DNA from: an uncultured virus (IMG/VR IMGVR_UViG_3300006033_000021)
Lineage: Duplodnaviria; Heunggongvirae; Uroviricota; Caudoviricetes
IMG/VR virus record: IMGVR_UViG_3300006033_000021
DNA length: 64,000 nt
Strand: one strand, 5' to 3'
The notes beneath the pieces are model-generated. The model was not told where the DNA came from, did no database searches, and saw only the letters and a program-made list of their open reading frames with translations. Position 1 is the first letter of the stretch. Each line of letters begins with the position of its first letter. A program made the position numbers and the translations under genes. Of this stretch, positions 28,119 to 38,196 are shown piece after piece.

Positions 28119-29105
28119 GTGATGGTGGCTGATGCAAATCAAAAAGCAATTGCCTCAGTGAATTTTGCGGAACTTATCCATTTCTTCCAAGGGCAAAGTA
28201 AAACCAATCACAATGAGTCTCACAAACAGGAAGTTAGAATAGAACCAAAAGTTCAAAAGTTCAAACCTGTTTGTGAGACTCCAAAGCAATTGGTTGATGA
28301 TGCCGTAGAAGAGGATACCAATCTAGAACTATTCGAAGATTCTCTCGGTGAGAATAAGGGTAGTTTTGAAGACAGGAATCAGGTATATTGCGCAATTATA
28401 CAATCCGATAAGACTTGTAAGATAGAGTACGAAGAGACCTGCACTAAGTTGCAGAAAAACAATGAGGGGCTGGTTAATTATGTGGTTGGCAAATATAAGG
28501 TCGATATTCATAAGCGAAAAGACCTAATTGCTACCAGTAATATGGCATTGGTGCTTGCCGCTCAGGAGTACGATGTAGAGAAAGGTACTCGTTTTATCAC
28601 CTATGCGTACTATAAGATATTAGGCGCGCTCAAAACAGAGATGAGGACGAGTGCTTTGATTCGGGTTCCCGATAGGCATATCGAAGTCTTGGAGGACGAC
28701 GAGGGAGCGGATTATGACTTTACGTGGGACTCTAAAGCAAATAACCAAAAACAATACGAGTTGGAGGTTGCTGTACATAGAGCACGAAGTGGTCATTTAG
28801 CCATCAATTCGAACGACGAACTTGGGTCTGCACAAGAGGATGGCATGACCTATGCAATAGGTGATAATCACTATAGCTTGTCGTCCCATGGTACAGATGT
28901 CGTAGAAGAGGCTATGAATAATGTTATCATTGCTTCGGCTATGAAGTTCCTTAATAGGACAGAACAAGATCTGTTGGTAGATTACTATGTCTGCGGTATG
29001 TCTATGTCTGAGATCGGGCATAAGATGAATCGTAGTCCACAAGCCATTAGCTTGAGACATCAGAAGGTTATCGCAAAACTACAGCAAGTAATGAAGCCCG
29101 AATAG
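28119..29105 (+). CDS. RNA polymerase sigma-70 family sigma factor
   Basis: region 2 LVLAAQEYDVEKGTRFITYAYYKI; region 4 LNRTEQDLLVDYY..MSMSEIGHKMNRSPQAIS. Confidence 0.88.
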   Translation: MMVADANQKAIASVNFAELIHFFQGQSKTNHNESHKQEVRIEPKVQKFKPVCETPKQLVDDAVEEDTNLELFEDSLGENKGSFEDRNQVYCAIIQSDKTCKIEYEETCTKLQKNNEGLVNYVVGKYKVDIHKRKDLIATSNMALVLAAQEYDVEKGTRFITYAYYKILGALKTEMRTSALIRVPDRHIEVLEDDEGADYDFTWDSKANNQKQYELEVAVHRARSGHLAINSNDELGSAQEDGMTYAIGDNHYSLSSHGTDVVEEAMNNVIIASAMKFLNRTEQDLLVDYYVCGMSMSEIGHKMNRSPQAISLRHQKVIAKLQQVMKPE

Positions 29106-29132
29106 TGGGGGTGTTGATGGCCTCCCATGCGC

Positions 29133-29161
29133 TTGCATCGCGTCTAGCCGCGTGCTACCAT
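29133..29161 (+). promoter_or_regulatory. sigma70-type promoter
   Basis: TTGCAT-17-TACCAT with TG. Confidence 0.65.
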
Positions 29162-29207
29162 AGGGGTAGAGGCACCTCCTAGCGGGGTGCCGGGAGGCTC
29201 GCCGACA

Positions 29208-30344
29208 ATGGCGATTTCGAATTGGTTCTCTCGAATTATTGGAAAAGCACCCGAGGTAGTTGTGGAATCGCCTCGGCCCATCACTATTATGGAGGATGAT
29301 TCTTGTAGTAATGCTTACGGACAGCCCAATAGACCCGATAGTCTAGATACTTTCAGTGGACAAGATAAACTCAAGGTCAATGTTGAACGAGACATTCGCG
29401 CTGCCAGGGCATTAGGGCTTGCTTTTGGTCACACACTGATTACAGGCCCTAGTGGTACTGGTAAGACCACTTTGGGTTACATCATTGCGAATGAAATGCG
29501 GGTTAATTGTACGATTATCAACGCATCGCAGATTACTAATACGACTGACTTTAACAATAGCGTCGTGGCCTGCATGTATGATGATGGCCTAGCAGCCTTG
29601 GATAATCCGGCTAGTAGTCGTCCTAGTCCTAAGAAGAAGAACATTCTCATTATTGATGAGGCGCATCTTTTGCCTAAGAAGGTACAAACGGATGCTTATC
29701 ATCTTCTAGAGGATCATGTCTTTAACCATACATACAAGGACCTAGTGATCCAGTTTAATAGTCAGCTTCGTGAAACAGGGAGGGGACCTGGGCAGTTCTT
29801 TACTCTGATTTGTATCACGACGCATACTTCTCGTTTGTTGGAAGCATTTAGGAACCGTCTCAAGAATCAATACGTACTTGATAGATATAGCGATGAATAT
29901 ATCGCGGAGCTTCTAGTTTCACAGGCAAAGGTCTGGGATCTTGAGCTATCTGATGAAGTGGCAGTATTGATTGCTCAGCGGTCTAATGGTATTCCACGCG
30001 AAGCGTTGAATCATCGGCTGCGCCCAATCCGTGATGAGATTGTGGGGTATGGTTTATCCCCTATCATTACTAAAGAACTTGTCGAAAAAGTAATGCGCGC
30101 ACTCCAAGTAGACCATTATGGTTTTACTAGCGAGCATAGACAGGTTTTGAGGGCTGTTGATGAGGGTATGTCCTCATTGGACTCCTTGATGATCACGCTT
30201 GGAATCGATGACGTTGATACTATCAAGTTGGTATATGAAGCAGAACTACGTCGTCAAGGACTTCTTGCTGTTAAACCGGGGAAGGGTCGTTATCTAACTC
30301 CGGCAGGCCAGAAGTATTTGGCGTCTGTGGAAAATTGGAGCTAA
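29208..30344 (+). CDS. ruvB: RuvB-like Holliday junction branch-migration AAA+ ATPase
   Basis: RPDSLDTFSGQDKLK, HTLITGPSGTGKTTL, IIDEAH, RSNGIPREA, C-terminal winged helix GRYLTPAG. Confidence 0.82.
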   Translation: MAISNWFSRIIGKAPEVVVESPRPITIMEDDSCSNAYGQPNRPDSLDTFSGQDKLKVNVERDIRAARALGLAFGHTLITGPSGTGKTTLGYIIANEMRVNCTIINASQITNTTDFNNSVVACMYDDGLAALDNPASSRPSPKKKNILIIDEAHLLPKKVQTDAYHLLEDHVFNHTYKDLVIQFNSQLRETGRGPGQFFTLICITTHTSRLLEAFRNRLKNQYVLDRYSDEYIAELLVSQAKVWDLELSDEVAVLIAQRSNGIPREALNHRLRPIRDEIVGYGLSPIITKELVEKVMRALQVDHYGFTSEHRQVLRAVDEGMSSLDSLMITLGIDDVDTIKLVYEAELRRQGLLAVKPGKGRYLTPAGQKYLASVENWS

Positions 30345-30355
30345 GGAGAATTGTG

Positions 30356-30949
30356 ATGCAATTGCCTAAAACTGACTTTCATGAAGAGTACCCAGGTGAA
30401 TTTGGTCGTGACTCAGCTTTCTTTGACGCTGTGAAAGATAATTACCTTGAACCGTTGTTTGAGATAATGCGAAAAACGATACATAGTACTGAAGAGAGGG
30501 GATGGACTATTGTTAATGGTGAGCCCGAACGCGAAGAGACCGTCCCTGATTTGTTTACAGGATGGTCTTGTGAACTAACCATGGGTGATGGTTACCCTGA
30601 GACGAAGATTTGTCTTTTGCTGCATCAGGATTATAGGGGCTTTGTGCAGTTTTTGGCGAATGTGTATATTAACGATCCTGGCTTGCTAAGCAACGATCTG
30701 TGCTATACTCCTTATTGGCCCGATGAGTTTACTAGTGATTCCTTTGCTATTCCTGATCGAGCCGATATTGAATTCACTCTATTCTCTAATCGTCTTGAGC
30801 AGTATTGGTTGAAGGTCTTGGGTGAATATCAGGATAAGCTAAGTCTGGGTAAAGTGCATCAAGGAATGGGGCCGCTAAACAATCCTAGACTGACAGGTGC
30901 AGACGCGGTGAAGCTTGATATGTGTTTACTTCGTGCGCTTAAGATATAA
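30356..30949 (+). CDS. hypothetical protein
   Basis: AAGGAG RBS. Confidence 0.65.
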   Translation: MQLPKTDFHEEYPGEFGRDSAFFDAVKDNYLEPLFEIMRKTIHSTEERGWTIVNGEPEREETVPDLFTGWSCELTMGDGYPETKICLLLHQDYRGFVQFLANVYINDPGLLSNDLCYTPYWPDEFTSDSFAIPDRADIEFTLFSNRLEQYWLKVLGEYQDKLSLGKVHQGMGPLNNPRLTGADAVKLDMCLLRALKI

Positions 30950-30969
30950 CATCAAAAGAGGTGTGAGTA

Positions 30970-31341
30970 ATGTCAAACGAGACTGATAAGATTCTGAAGG
31001 CACTGGTTGGCGGTGCCACTAATGCTATTGTCGGCGGCGTGGCTAACAAGAAGCCTGTTGAAGCTAATGATTGGAAGGTCATGAAATGTCTTACGAAGGA
31101 TCTTGGTAAGACATTGCGTGCCATGGAGGCATCGGGCTATATTGTTAGGTTTGTCAATCCTTTTGATCAGACTATTTGCGCCGATGAGGGTCTCATTAAG
31201 ACGCATAACTGGTTAGTATTGGGATCTAAGTTTGATCTGCCTCTGGAACTGCTTCAGCAAGCCGAGCAAGAGGCTACGCCAGTGCCGCTAGATCTCACAT
31301 CAATTCTTGCCTCTTCGGAAGATTTTGATGTAGTATCTTAA
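30970..31341 (+). CDS. hypothetical protein
   Basis: GAGGTG RBS. Confidence 0.65.
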   Translation: MSNETDKILKALVGGATNAIVGGVANKKPVEANDWKVMKCLTKDLGKTLRAMEASGYIVRFVNPFDQTICADEGLIKTHNWLVLGSKFDLPLELLQQAEQEATPVPLDLTSILASSEDFDVVS

Positions 31342-31799
31342 TCTTCGCGCGGGATTAGATAGCTACTGTGTAATACGGGGTCGAAAGTGGTTAGGGCATA
31401 TTGTCCTAACCACTTTTCGTATATTAGGGTCTCTATATTAACGCCTGTGGTCTCAGTAAACCATTCGCTTGTGACGCGGAAGATGGTACTGAGTTTATTG
31501 CCGATGAATATCACCCTATAGTCGGGCGCAGGTTGTTGCTTCAGAAGACAATGATAGTATCCAATTCCTTGACCTATAGCTAATGATGTTAAAGTCCCTG
31601 CTTTGAGTTCTACGATACATATCTTGCCATCTTTGTCAACGCCAAATAGATCCATCTTGCCAACTAATTGTCCTCGCCATTTGACGGCACGTTGTCTAGA
31701 AACCCATCTCATACCATCTTCGAGCCGAGAGGCATCTTCAAATAGCCAATCCTCAAGTTCCTGCTCAATCTTGTTTCTTTTGGTAGTTGCCATGCTCAT
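31338..31799 (-). CDS. NucS/EndoMS-like (DUF91) endonuclease domain protein
   Basis: IEQELEDWL, GKMDLFGVDKDGKICIVELK, AIGQGIGY. Confidence 0.75.
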   Translation of the reverse strand: MSMATTKRNKIEQELEDWLFEDASRLEDGMRWVSRQRAVKWRGQLVGKMDLFGVDKDGKICIVELKAGTLTSLAIGQGIGYYHCLLKQQPAPDYRVIFIGNKLSTIFRVTSEWFTETTGVNIETLIYEKWLGQYALTTFDPVLHSSYLIPRED

Positions 31800-31823
31800 T
31801 TTATACCCCGTTCCGAATCGGGC

Positions 31824-31852
31824 TTGACGCATCCGGCGCAGGGTGGTATAAT
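31824..31852 (+). promoter_or_regulatory. sigma70-type promoter
   Basis: TTGACG-17-TATAAT with TG. Confidence 0.75.
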
Positions 31853-31896
31853 AGATCTTAGCAAGCTTGCATAAGCAGGCGCTGAACGGAGGTACT

Positions 31897-32745
31897 ATGA
31901 GGTACGTAAGGTCCAGCGCAAGCAGCTTGGTGGTATTGATGGTAACACTATTGCAGTTCTCTGGTATTTGTTTTGGGAATACAAGCACCCAAATCGAAGC
32001 TAAGCCAGTAGTGACTGTAGTTACCAGGAACCTTGAAAATGAGGCGTTGGCCTCTGCTTTCAGACCGACGCCAATCCAGGGCGCTTACAGGAGTCCGCTC
32101 CTGCGTCCTGACTATCCCTCGTTGTCGCCCATGCCGTTTCTAAGCAACGGCATGACGATCATGGGGGCTGACCCCTACCTGACGCCATTGGCTGCCCCAC
32201 AGGGCATTTTAGCCGCACTGTCGCCGGTAGGGTTGCCTAAGCCGCCTACAAGTCCCAATGTTCCTGCTAAAGTAGCTGAAAAGCCCGTACTGAAGTATCG
32301 AACATTTGTGATTTGCGGACGTACTTACCGGGAAACGTATTGGTCCACAGCCAGCGCCAGTGTATATGGCGAAGATTCTGTAACGGCGTGGTGCAATGGT
32401 CGTCCAGGCAGAGGTAGGTACGAACCTTTAGCAGAGAAGTGGGTTGATCGCGGGAAGGCCGTATATCACTTCACTTGGAAGGGTGTGACAAATTGGCACA
32501 AGTTTTCTTCGTACAAGAATACTGTACCAACTGTTGCGCATCTGCGACATGAGTTCGGAACTTTTGTTCTGTTCAAGTATGGGAAGCGAGAGTGCATCGC
32601 TATGGTCACTGATAGCGGCCCATACATCAAAGGCAGAGCATGGGATCTTAATCCAAAACTCCAACGAGAGTTAGGATTCCCTTATGGGGTTGAGGACGTG
32701 AGTTACACAATTCTCGTCACTGACAAATATCCCATGTATCGCTAG
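31897..32745 (+). CDS. secreted RlpA-like DPBB (lytic transglycosylase-like) protein
   Basis: signal-peptide-like N terminus; ASVYG, TVAH..FGT, VTDSGPYIKGRAWDL. Confidence 0.75.
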   Translation: MRYVRSSASSLVVLMVTLLQFSGICFGNTSTQIEAKPVVTVVTRNLENEALASAFRPTPIQGAYRSPLLRPDYPSLSPMPFLSNGMTIMGADPYLTPLAAPQGILAALSPVGLPKPPTSPNVPAKVAEKPVLKYRTFVICGRTYRETYWSTASASVYGEDSVTAWCNGRPGRGRYEPLAEKWVDRGKAVYHFTWKGVTNWHKFSSYKNTVPTVAHLRHEFGTFVLFKYGKRECIAMVTDSGPYIKGRAWDLNPKLQRELGFPYGVEDVSYTILVTDKYPMYR

Positions 32746-32773
32746 ACGTACTATACCACCATTGCTTGTGCTA

Positions 32774-32811
32774 GAAAGGAGGATGTAGATTTCGGTCTAC
32801 ATCCTCCTTTC
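32774..32811. terminator. 17-bp hairpin with UUCG loop, probable intrinsic terminator
   Basis: GAAAGGAGGATGTAGAT-TTCG-GTCTACATCCTCCTTTC. Confidence 0.75.
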
Positions 32812-32837
32812 GCTATCTTATAAGAAGAGTTAAAATC

Positions 32838-33113
32838 ATGGCAGAAGACTATTTCTATTTTGTTAGTTGCAAATATCGCGATCAAGGTGTTGAGGAATAC
32901 AAGGAAGTGAGATTTAGCGAAATTGCTAAGGCGGGCACATTCTACGCTATAGCAATTAAGATATCAATGGGTAGGGATTGGCGTGAACTCAATAAGAGAA
33001 AACCATTAGAGGTTGACGAGGAGTTATTGGCGCAGGTAGAAGAATTCCTCAATATTCCCGATCCAAATCCTCGAATTGAATTTGGTTCCAAGGGAGCATC
33101 AACTTCTATTTAG
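32838..33113 (+). CDS. hypothetical protein
   Basis: 91-aa ORF. Confidence 0.55.
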   Translation: MAEDYFYFVSCKYRDQGVEEYKEVRFSEIAKAGTFYAIAIKISMGRDWRELNKRKPLEVDEELLAQVEEFLNIPDPNPRIEFGSKGASTSI

Positions 33114-33115
33114 AA
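33091..33115 (+). promoter_or_regulatory. class II promoter AGGG-N16-TAGAA
   Basis: matches recurrent motif, upstream of the cell-wall hydrolase. Confidence 0.6.
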
Positions 33116-33137
33116 TAGTATACCTTAGGGGTGTGCT

Positions 33138-33809
33138 ATGAATCAAAAGTTAGCAACTGCTGCTAGACAAGCTGTATACGCTGGGGATTTTGAGTTAACC
33201 AAGGGTTATTGCTCAAGATTTGTTAGGCAAGTAACTGAGTCAGTTTATGGCGCAAAGTACGCAGATCTTTTTGGGACATCTGCAATTGTTACAGGTAAGA
33301 ATTTCCTAGAAGCAGGAATGACTGCAATAGGCGAGCCACAAGTAGGTGATATCTTCATAAAGATGTCGGGTAGCGGTGGTTTCGGGCATATCGGCATCTA
33401 TGTTGGTGACAATAAAGTCGCCGAGAATAGTTCTACTCGTATTGGTCGGGTACGCGGAGCCTTGGGCTTTAGAAGTTTAGAACAATATGGTGCATATCAG
33501 GTGACGGGTCGCATTCAAGAAGAACAAGTATACAACAAACTCTTCTTCAAGATGTGGACTAATTATGCAGCCATGATGCCTGTTATTGATGGCGTTTCAT
33601 ATGTTAGAGTTAGGACGCTAGGAACACTGCTGAATATTGATGTCGATTGGAATCAAGATGATGCTAGAGTAATATGGGGCGGACATGAAATAGAGACCGC
33701 ACCCAAATTCTTCTACGATGAATCTTACCTACCTTTGCGTACATTGGTAGGCAATGCATATAGTATTGCTGTTGATGACAATAAAGTCTTACTGACGCCT
33801 AAGAATTAA
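33138..33809 (+). CDS. CHAP/NlpC-P60-like cell-wall hydrolase with copper-amine-oxidase-N-like binding domain (candidate endolysin)
   Basis: GYCSRFVRQV (Cys), GDIF..GFGHIGIYVG (His); C-terminal PVIDGVSYVRVRTL..VDWN and YLPLRTL. Confidence 0.7.
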   Translation: MNQKLATAARQAVYAGDFELTKGYCSRFVRQVTESVYGAKYADLFGTSAIVTGKNFLEAGMTAIGEPQVGDIFIKMSGSGGFGHIGIYVGDNKVAENSSTRIGRVRGALGFRSLEQYGAYQVTGRIQEEQVYNKLFFKMWTNYAAMMPVIDGVSYVRVRTLGTLLNIDVDWNQDDARVIWGGHEIETAPKFFYDESYLPLRTLVGNAYSIAVDDNKVLLTPKN

Positions 33810-33823
33810 GATGTCTAATGAAG

Positions 33824-35143
33824 CTAAGCAAAGTACGAAGGTAGATATTGTTTACCTAATTGCGCTTGCTTAGCTTCCAAATCAGCTATCGTGATATTAG
33901 CAGGTGCTGCTTCTTTGTTGTAAACATCCGGTATCTGCTCTAAATTACTGGGTAATGGTAATAATGGTTGTCCAGCCTTGCTTCTCTCTTTGTTTTGATT
34001 GGCTATATCTTGTCTCGCACGCACTAATGCCTGCATATAGTAGATCCATTGATACCAGTCATCTAATTCTTTGACGCGCTGCGCAATCTTGCCATGTTGC
34101 TTTTGATATTGCGCATATTCGAATTCATCACCCATACGGAAGCGTTTTAGCCAATTAGCATCCTTGTGGTTTGCTACATATTCAGCTTTGAGTTGTTTGT
34201 CAATTTGCGCCCTTTCCTTTTGTATGCCTTTATTGATTTCACTCAAAAAGCGGATTCTTTGATATTCCTTGTCCTCGTCGAGTACAGTTTGAATGTTGGG
34301 GTCTGAGGAGTTAGGAGCGACTTTCTTTTGCGCGTCTTCTCGAATAAACATTAGATGTTCTAATTGATTTTCTTCGAGAGAGGCTTTGAGTTTTTCTATT
34401 TCATTGGCAACTTTAGCTAAATGCCCCCATACTTGTACATAGTTGTTGTTGGCATCTTGATTATCAGATAGATCAGTAATACGTTGTCTGACCATATCAA
34501 TTGACGCCATCATTATTTCACCTTGATGGCGTAGATTGCGAACTTTCTCTACAAACTGATCAATTAGCTGTATATATTGGGCGGGGGCTTGATTAGCTAA
34601 GTGATGTTGGGAGATCTGTAGATATTCACTGTAGATATTTCTGCATTCTTGTTGAAAACCAGCTAAATAGTTATTGGATGTATTAATTGGATCTTTCCAT
34701 ATATCTTGTGACACGTCTACTTGAAAAACACCTTTACTTCCCAATGGCCCAACTTCTCCTACGCTTGTGGGGCCTTTTAGTTTATCAGTGACGCCCTTGT
34801 AAGCATTAGGATCATAAACGGTTTTAGTATTAGGATCACCATATTGGTATTTCTGTTGAGGATTGAATGCCGTGAGTTTGGTCTCAGCTATTTGTTGATT
34901 ATAGATATCATTGGAGACTTGTTGCAATAGCGCATTCTCATCAACTTGTCCACCTTGGTTGGCAGTCCATTGGTAGCGCTGCCTCCATAAATCCCGAGGG
35001 CTATATGTCTGTCCTTTTACACTATTGAAACTTTTATCGGCGGGCACAACAGTCCCATCTTTCAAAGTGTATGAGTCGGGACCATTGACCCCATATTGTG
35101 CTTGAGCCATTCGTATTAGCTTAATTGCCGTTGATAGTTCCAT
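33824..35143 (-). CDS. putative virion-associated coiled-coil protein
   Basis: 439 aa, starts MELSTAIKLIRMAQ; AGGG-N16-AAGAA at 35169-35193 (minus). Confidence 0.7.
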   Translation of the reverse strand: MELSTAIKLIRMAQAQYGVNGPDSYTLKDGTVVPADKSFNSVKGQTYSPRDLWRQRYQWTANQGGQVDENALLQQVSNDIYNQQIAETKLTAFNPQQKYQYGDPNTKTVYDPNAYKGVTDKLKGPTSVGEVGPLGSKGVFQVDVSQDIWKDPINTSNNYLAGFQQECRNIYSEYLQISQHHLANQAPAQYIQLIDQFVEKVRNLRHQGEIMMASIDMVRQRITDLSDNQDANNNYVQVWGHLAKVANEIEKLKASLEENQLEHLMFIREDAQKKVAPNSSDPNIQTVLDEDKEYQRIRFLSEINKGIQKERAQIDKQLKAEYVANHKDANWLKRFRMGDEFEYAQYQKQHGKIAQRVKELDDWYQWIYYMQALVRARQDIANQNKERSKAGQPLLPLPSNLEQIPDVYNKEAAPANITIADLEAKQAQLGKQYLPSYFA

Positions 35144-35196
35144 ATCGCCTCTACCTCATTTATTATGGTTCTTGTTATATGGGTGGGTTCCCTAGC

Positions 35197-35225
35197 TTGT
35201 CGCTTGTCACGTCCGGCGCTATAAT
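35197..35225 (+). promoter_or_regulatory. sigma70-type promoter
   Basis: TTGTCG-17-TATAAT. Confidence 0.65.
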
Positions 35226-35244
35226 CCAAATGAGGAGGTTCTTT

Positions 35245-36615
35245 ATGGGACATTCAGTTGGTATCATTGGCGCTGGACCAGCAGCATTGATTATTGCAGA
35301 GCGATTATGTGCTTTTGCAGATGTTACAATCCTCGATGTTGGAGAGTCATTAGAAACTCGGACTAGTATCACTGAGGGTTTTGGGGGTGCGGGGGCTTTC
35401 AGTGATGGTAAGTTCAACCTTGAGCCTAAAATTGGTTCTCGTCTAACCACCATTATGTCAGAACATGAGCTTTCCGACAAAATCAATGAAGTAGATAGGT
35501 TCTTCATTAACTATGGCGCACCTGATGATGCTGACTACATAAAAGAGTCGCTCTTCCCTCGTAGTTTCTTGCGGCAATGTAGAGAAGCTGGTTTTCAATT
35601 GATAGCGGGGGCAACTCGCCATTGGGGTACAGACGTTGGTAGGACAATCGTATCTAATCTCTATGATGTTCTTAAGGATAAAGTGACTATTCACCAAAAT
35701 GTCAGGGTGGATCCTCTCATTCATAGGGAGGGTGGTGTTGAGGTTGTTGCTACATTAGAATCGGGCTCACATAGTTATTTCAATTTTGATGAACTTATTA
35801 TTGCTGTTGGTCGTTCAGGCTCTACTTGGATGAAGGAGTTTTATAACAAGACAGCAATGCCGCATTTTCCAGGAGCCACAGATATAGGTGTTAGGTATGA
35901 GTGTCCATCCGAGGTGTTTGAAGAGTGCTTCCAATGGACGTATGAACCTAAGCTATCAATGATCTCTAGTAGGGGTGAGAAGGTTAGGCTGTTCTGCTCC
36001 TGTTTGGATAATGGTAGAGTGGCTATAGAGAAATACGTTCACAATGATGTTGTTTGTGTGAATGGGCACTCTTATTCAGCCGATTCGGGGATGCCACCCA
36101 CAGGCAATAGTAACTTTGCTATTTTAGTAACTACTCGTTTTACTGCGCCCTATGATGATCCTGATAGTTATTGCCGCAGTATTTGTAAGATCGCTAACAC
36201 CTTAGCGGGATCTGATAGCGGTGTAATCGTGCAGGCATATCGAGACTTTCTAAAAGGACGCAGAAGTTACGACAATCGTATCCAGGAGGCTGGCGTCAGG
36301 CCATCGTGTTTGGAGGCCATACCGGGCGATGTGAGTTGTATTATTCCATATCGTCAAATGGTCGGTATCGTTGAATTCATCGATGCTGCCGAAAAAGTCT
36401 TCCCAGGTGTGTCTTCGGGGTTAATGTATTGCCCTGAGGTGAAGTTCTATAGTAGTGAGGCAGATATAGATCCTGTTAACTTACATTTCAAAGGTGAATC
36501 CAAGATTTACCCAGTGGGGGACTGTAGCGGATGGACGAGAAGTCTAGCTGGTGCGGCAGTTCATGGGTACTTGGTAGCCGACAAAATACTGGAGAAGCTC
36601 TCCATAAAAGGGTGA
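35245..36615 (+). CDS. FAD-dependent oxidoreductase (COG2509-like)
   Basis: IIGAGPAA, GFGGAGAFSDGK, AVGRSG, DIGVRYE, VNGHS, PEVKFYS, GDCSG. Confidence 0.85.
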   Translation: MGHSVGIIGAGPAALIIAERLCAFADVTILDVGESLETRTSITEGFGGAGAFSDGKFNLEPKIGSRLTTIMSEHELSDKINEVDRFFINYGAPDDADYIKESLFPRSFLRQCREAGFQLIAGATRHWGTDVGRTIVSNLYDVLKDKVTIHQNVRVDPLIHREGGVEVVATLESGSHSYFNFDELIIAVGRSGSTWMKEFYNKTAMPHFPGATDIGVRYECPSEVFEECFQWTYEPKLSMISSRGEKVRLFCSCLDNGRVAIEKYVHNDVVCVNGHSYSADSGMPPTGNSNFAILVTTRFTAPYDDPDSYCRSICKIANTLAGSDSGVIVQAYRDFLKGRRSYDNRIQEAGVRPSCLEAIPGDVSCIIPYRQMVGIVEFIDAAEKVFPGVSSGLMYCPEVKFYSSEADIDPVNLHFKGESKIYPVGDCSGWTRSLAGAAVHGYLVADKILEKLSIKG

Positions 36616-36624
36616 TAATAGCGA

Positions 36625-37707
36625 ATGAATGATAATGCGATAATCAAGTTAACCACTAATGCTCAAGAAGCTTTGCAGTTGGTGGCAGATGGATATATCC
36701 CGATTGAAGCAACTTACGGTGAGATAAGTTGTCATAGTAGAGAAGATGAACTATTAACTTTAGATCATCATAATGATTTCTCTGATTTAGAGTGCCCTGC
36801 ATTTAGGGCGCAGGCCGAGATGTTCGGTAAGGGCAATGGCAAGTACGTATTGAGTCATTTAGATAATGACTCAGTTATGACAGTATTAGGTCTTGAGGGT
36901 ATTAAGATTCCCTTAGATCTTATCGAGGCTGTTAAGTTTAATGATACCATGGGACCACACAAGGTTCCCAAGGAGAAGATCTATTCAGCACTGCAAGCTC
37001 GCACTCAGTTGATGAATGAGGTTTGTTGTGATGCTCAGCGGTATATTGATGGTCCCGGAGCTTTAGCCACATTGTGTGATAAGATTTGCGAGATGATAGC
37101 TTGGGAAGATGATCATCCAGAGATACAGAGGTTCATTGCAGTAGATCGTGCCCGGCGTCATAAAGTTCGTAGGTTGTATTCTTTGTGGGCTGATGATATT
37201 CGGATTGCACATACATCATTGGATGAATATCCTATGGATGTATTGTATGAAGTGTCTCCTGTTGTTGTCTTTCATTCCCCGGCGCGGAAGGCATTTACAA
37301 TTGGTTGTATAGATGAAGCTGTGGCAACAAAGCTTTTTGGCGATGGTGGGTTAAAACGAGTCTTCCCAATTCTAGGGGTGGGCTTCGGTGGGCGAGAGTC
37401 AGTAGGCGGCAGCCCTAGAGGTGAAGAACTACATTACGAGATGGTGAGCTACATATGTTCGAAACTTCAGATGATGATCAAGATTAACGATGAAGTATCG
37501 GTTTATCCTGATTATGAAAGTTGTCGTTCATATGAGAATTGGAGTGCTATGTGTAAAAGAGCATATAATCCATCTAACAATAAATCGGAAGAAGTGTGGT
37601 ATCATGGCTTCAAAGTCTTGGATATGGCTTTGGAGCCATCAGGCAATGGTCTGATTGTTAAGACATACACGAGTCATGGTTCATCTTCGCATCTTATGGA
37701 ACAATAA
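36625..37707 (+). CDS. hypothetical protein, possible divergent DHH phosphoesterase
   Basis: TLDHH, SHLDND, GFGGRESVGGSPRG. Confidence 0.5.
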   Translation: MNDNAIIKLTTNAQEALQLVADGYIPIEATYGEISCHSREDELLTLDHHNDFSDLECPAFRAQAEMFGKGNGKYVLSHLDNDSVMTVLGLEGIKIPLDLIEAVKFNDTMGPHKVPKEKIYSALQARTQLMNEVCCDAQRYIDGPGALATLCDKICEMIAWEDDHPEIQRFIAVDRARRHKVRRLYSLWADDIRIAHTSLDEYPMDVLYEVSPVVVFHSPARKAFTIGCIDEAVATKLFGDGGLKRVFPILGVGFGGRESVGGSPRGEELHYEMVSYICSKLQMMIKINDEVSVYPDYESCRSYENWSAMCKRAYNPSNNKSEEVWYHGFKVLDMALEPSGNGLIVKTYTSHGSSSHLMEQ

Positions 37708-37713
37708 ATCGGA

Positions 37714-38142
37714 ATGGAGACTCAAATGACGGGTAAGGGACTGTATAGATTCTCATGTGATTGTGGTCGCATGGGAGATCTGGATGGGCTGTTTGTAGCT
37801 ACTCAAGAGGAAGTTGATGAGGTTATTGGTAAGGAAGTGTATTTCGGCGAAGTCTTAGGGAAGCACTCTGAGATCTTTGGTGTTATAGAGGAGAACGAGA
37901 TTACGCTTCTTACTACCGATCCTTTAATCGTTGGCACTATGGAACAGTATGTAACTTATCGCGGGGCCATTTGTGGTTATAATCCGGTAGCGATATATCG
38001 GGATGCTAATGAAGATTATGATGATACAGATGATGATTGGGAAGATTCAGATGACGAAATAGATTCACAGGAATTAGATGATAACTCAGCAACCGGAGTT
38101 GACATGATTCGGCCTTTTTTGCATGACGATTCGGACGACTAA
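37714..38142 (+). CDS. conserved-looking phage protein with acidic tail
   Basis: DCGRMGDLDGLFVA...YFGEVLGKHSEI. Confidence 0.65.
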   Translation: METQMTGKGLYRFSCDCGRMGDLDGLFVATQEEVDEVIGKEVYFGEVLGKHSEIFGVIEENEITLLTTDPLIVGTMEQYVTYRGAICGYNPVAIYRDANEDYDDTDDDWEDSDDEIDSQELDDNSATGVDMIRPFLHDDSDD

Positions 38143-38161
38143 GGGCGCTGCCGATCCCACC

Positions 38162-38190
38162 TTGACCCCCACCGCGCCGCGTGCTACAAT
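38162..38190 (+). promoter_or_regulatory. sigma70-type promoter
   Basis: TTGACC-17-TACAAT with TG. Confidence 0.75.
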
Positions 38191-38196
38191 ATGAGA

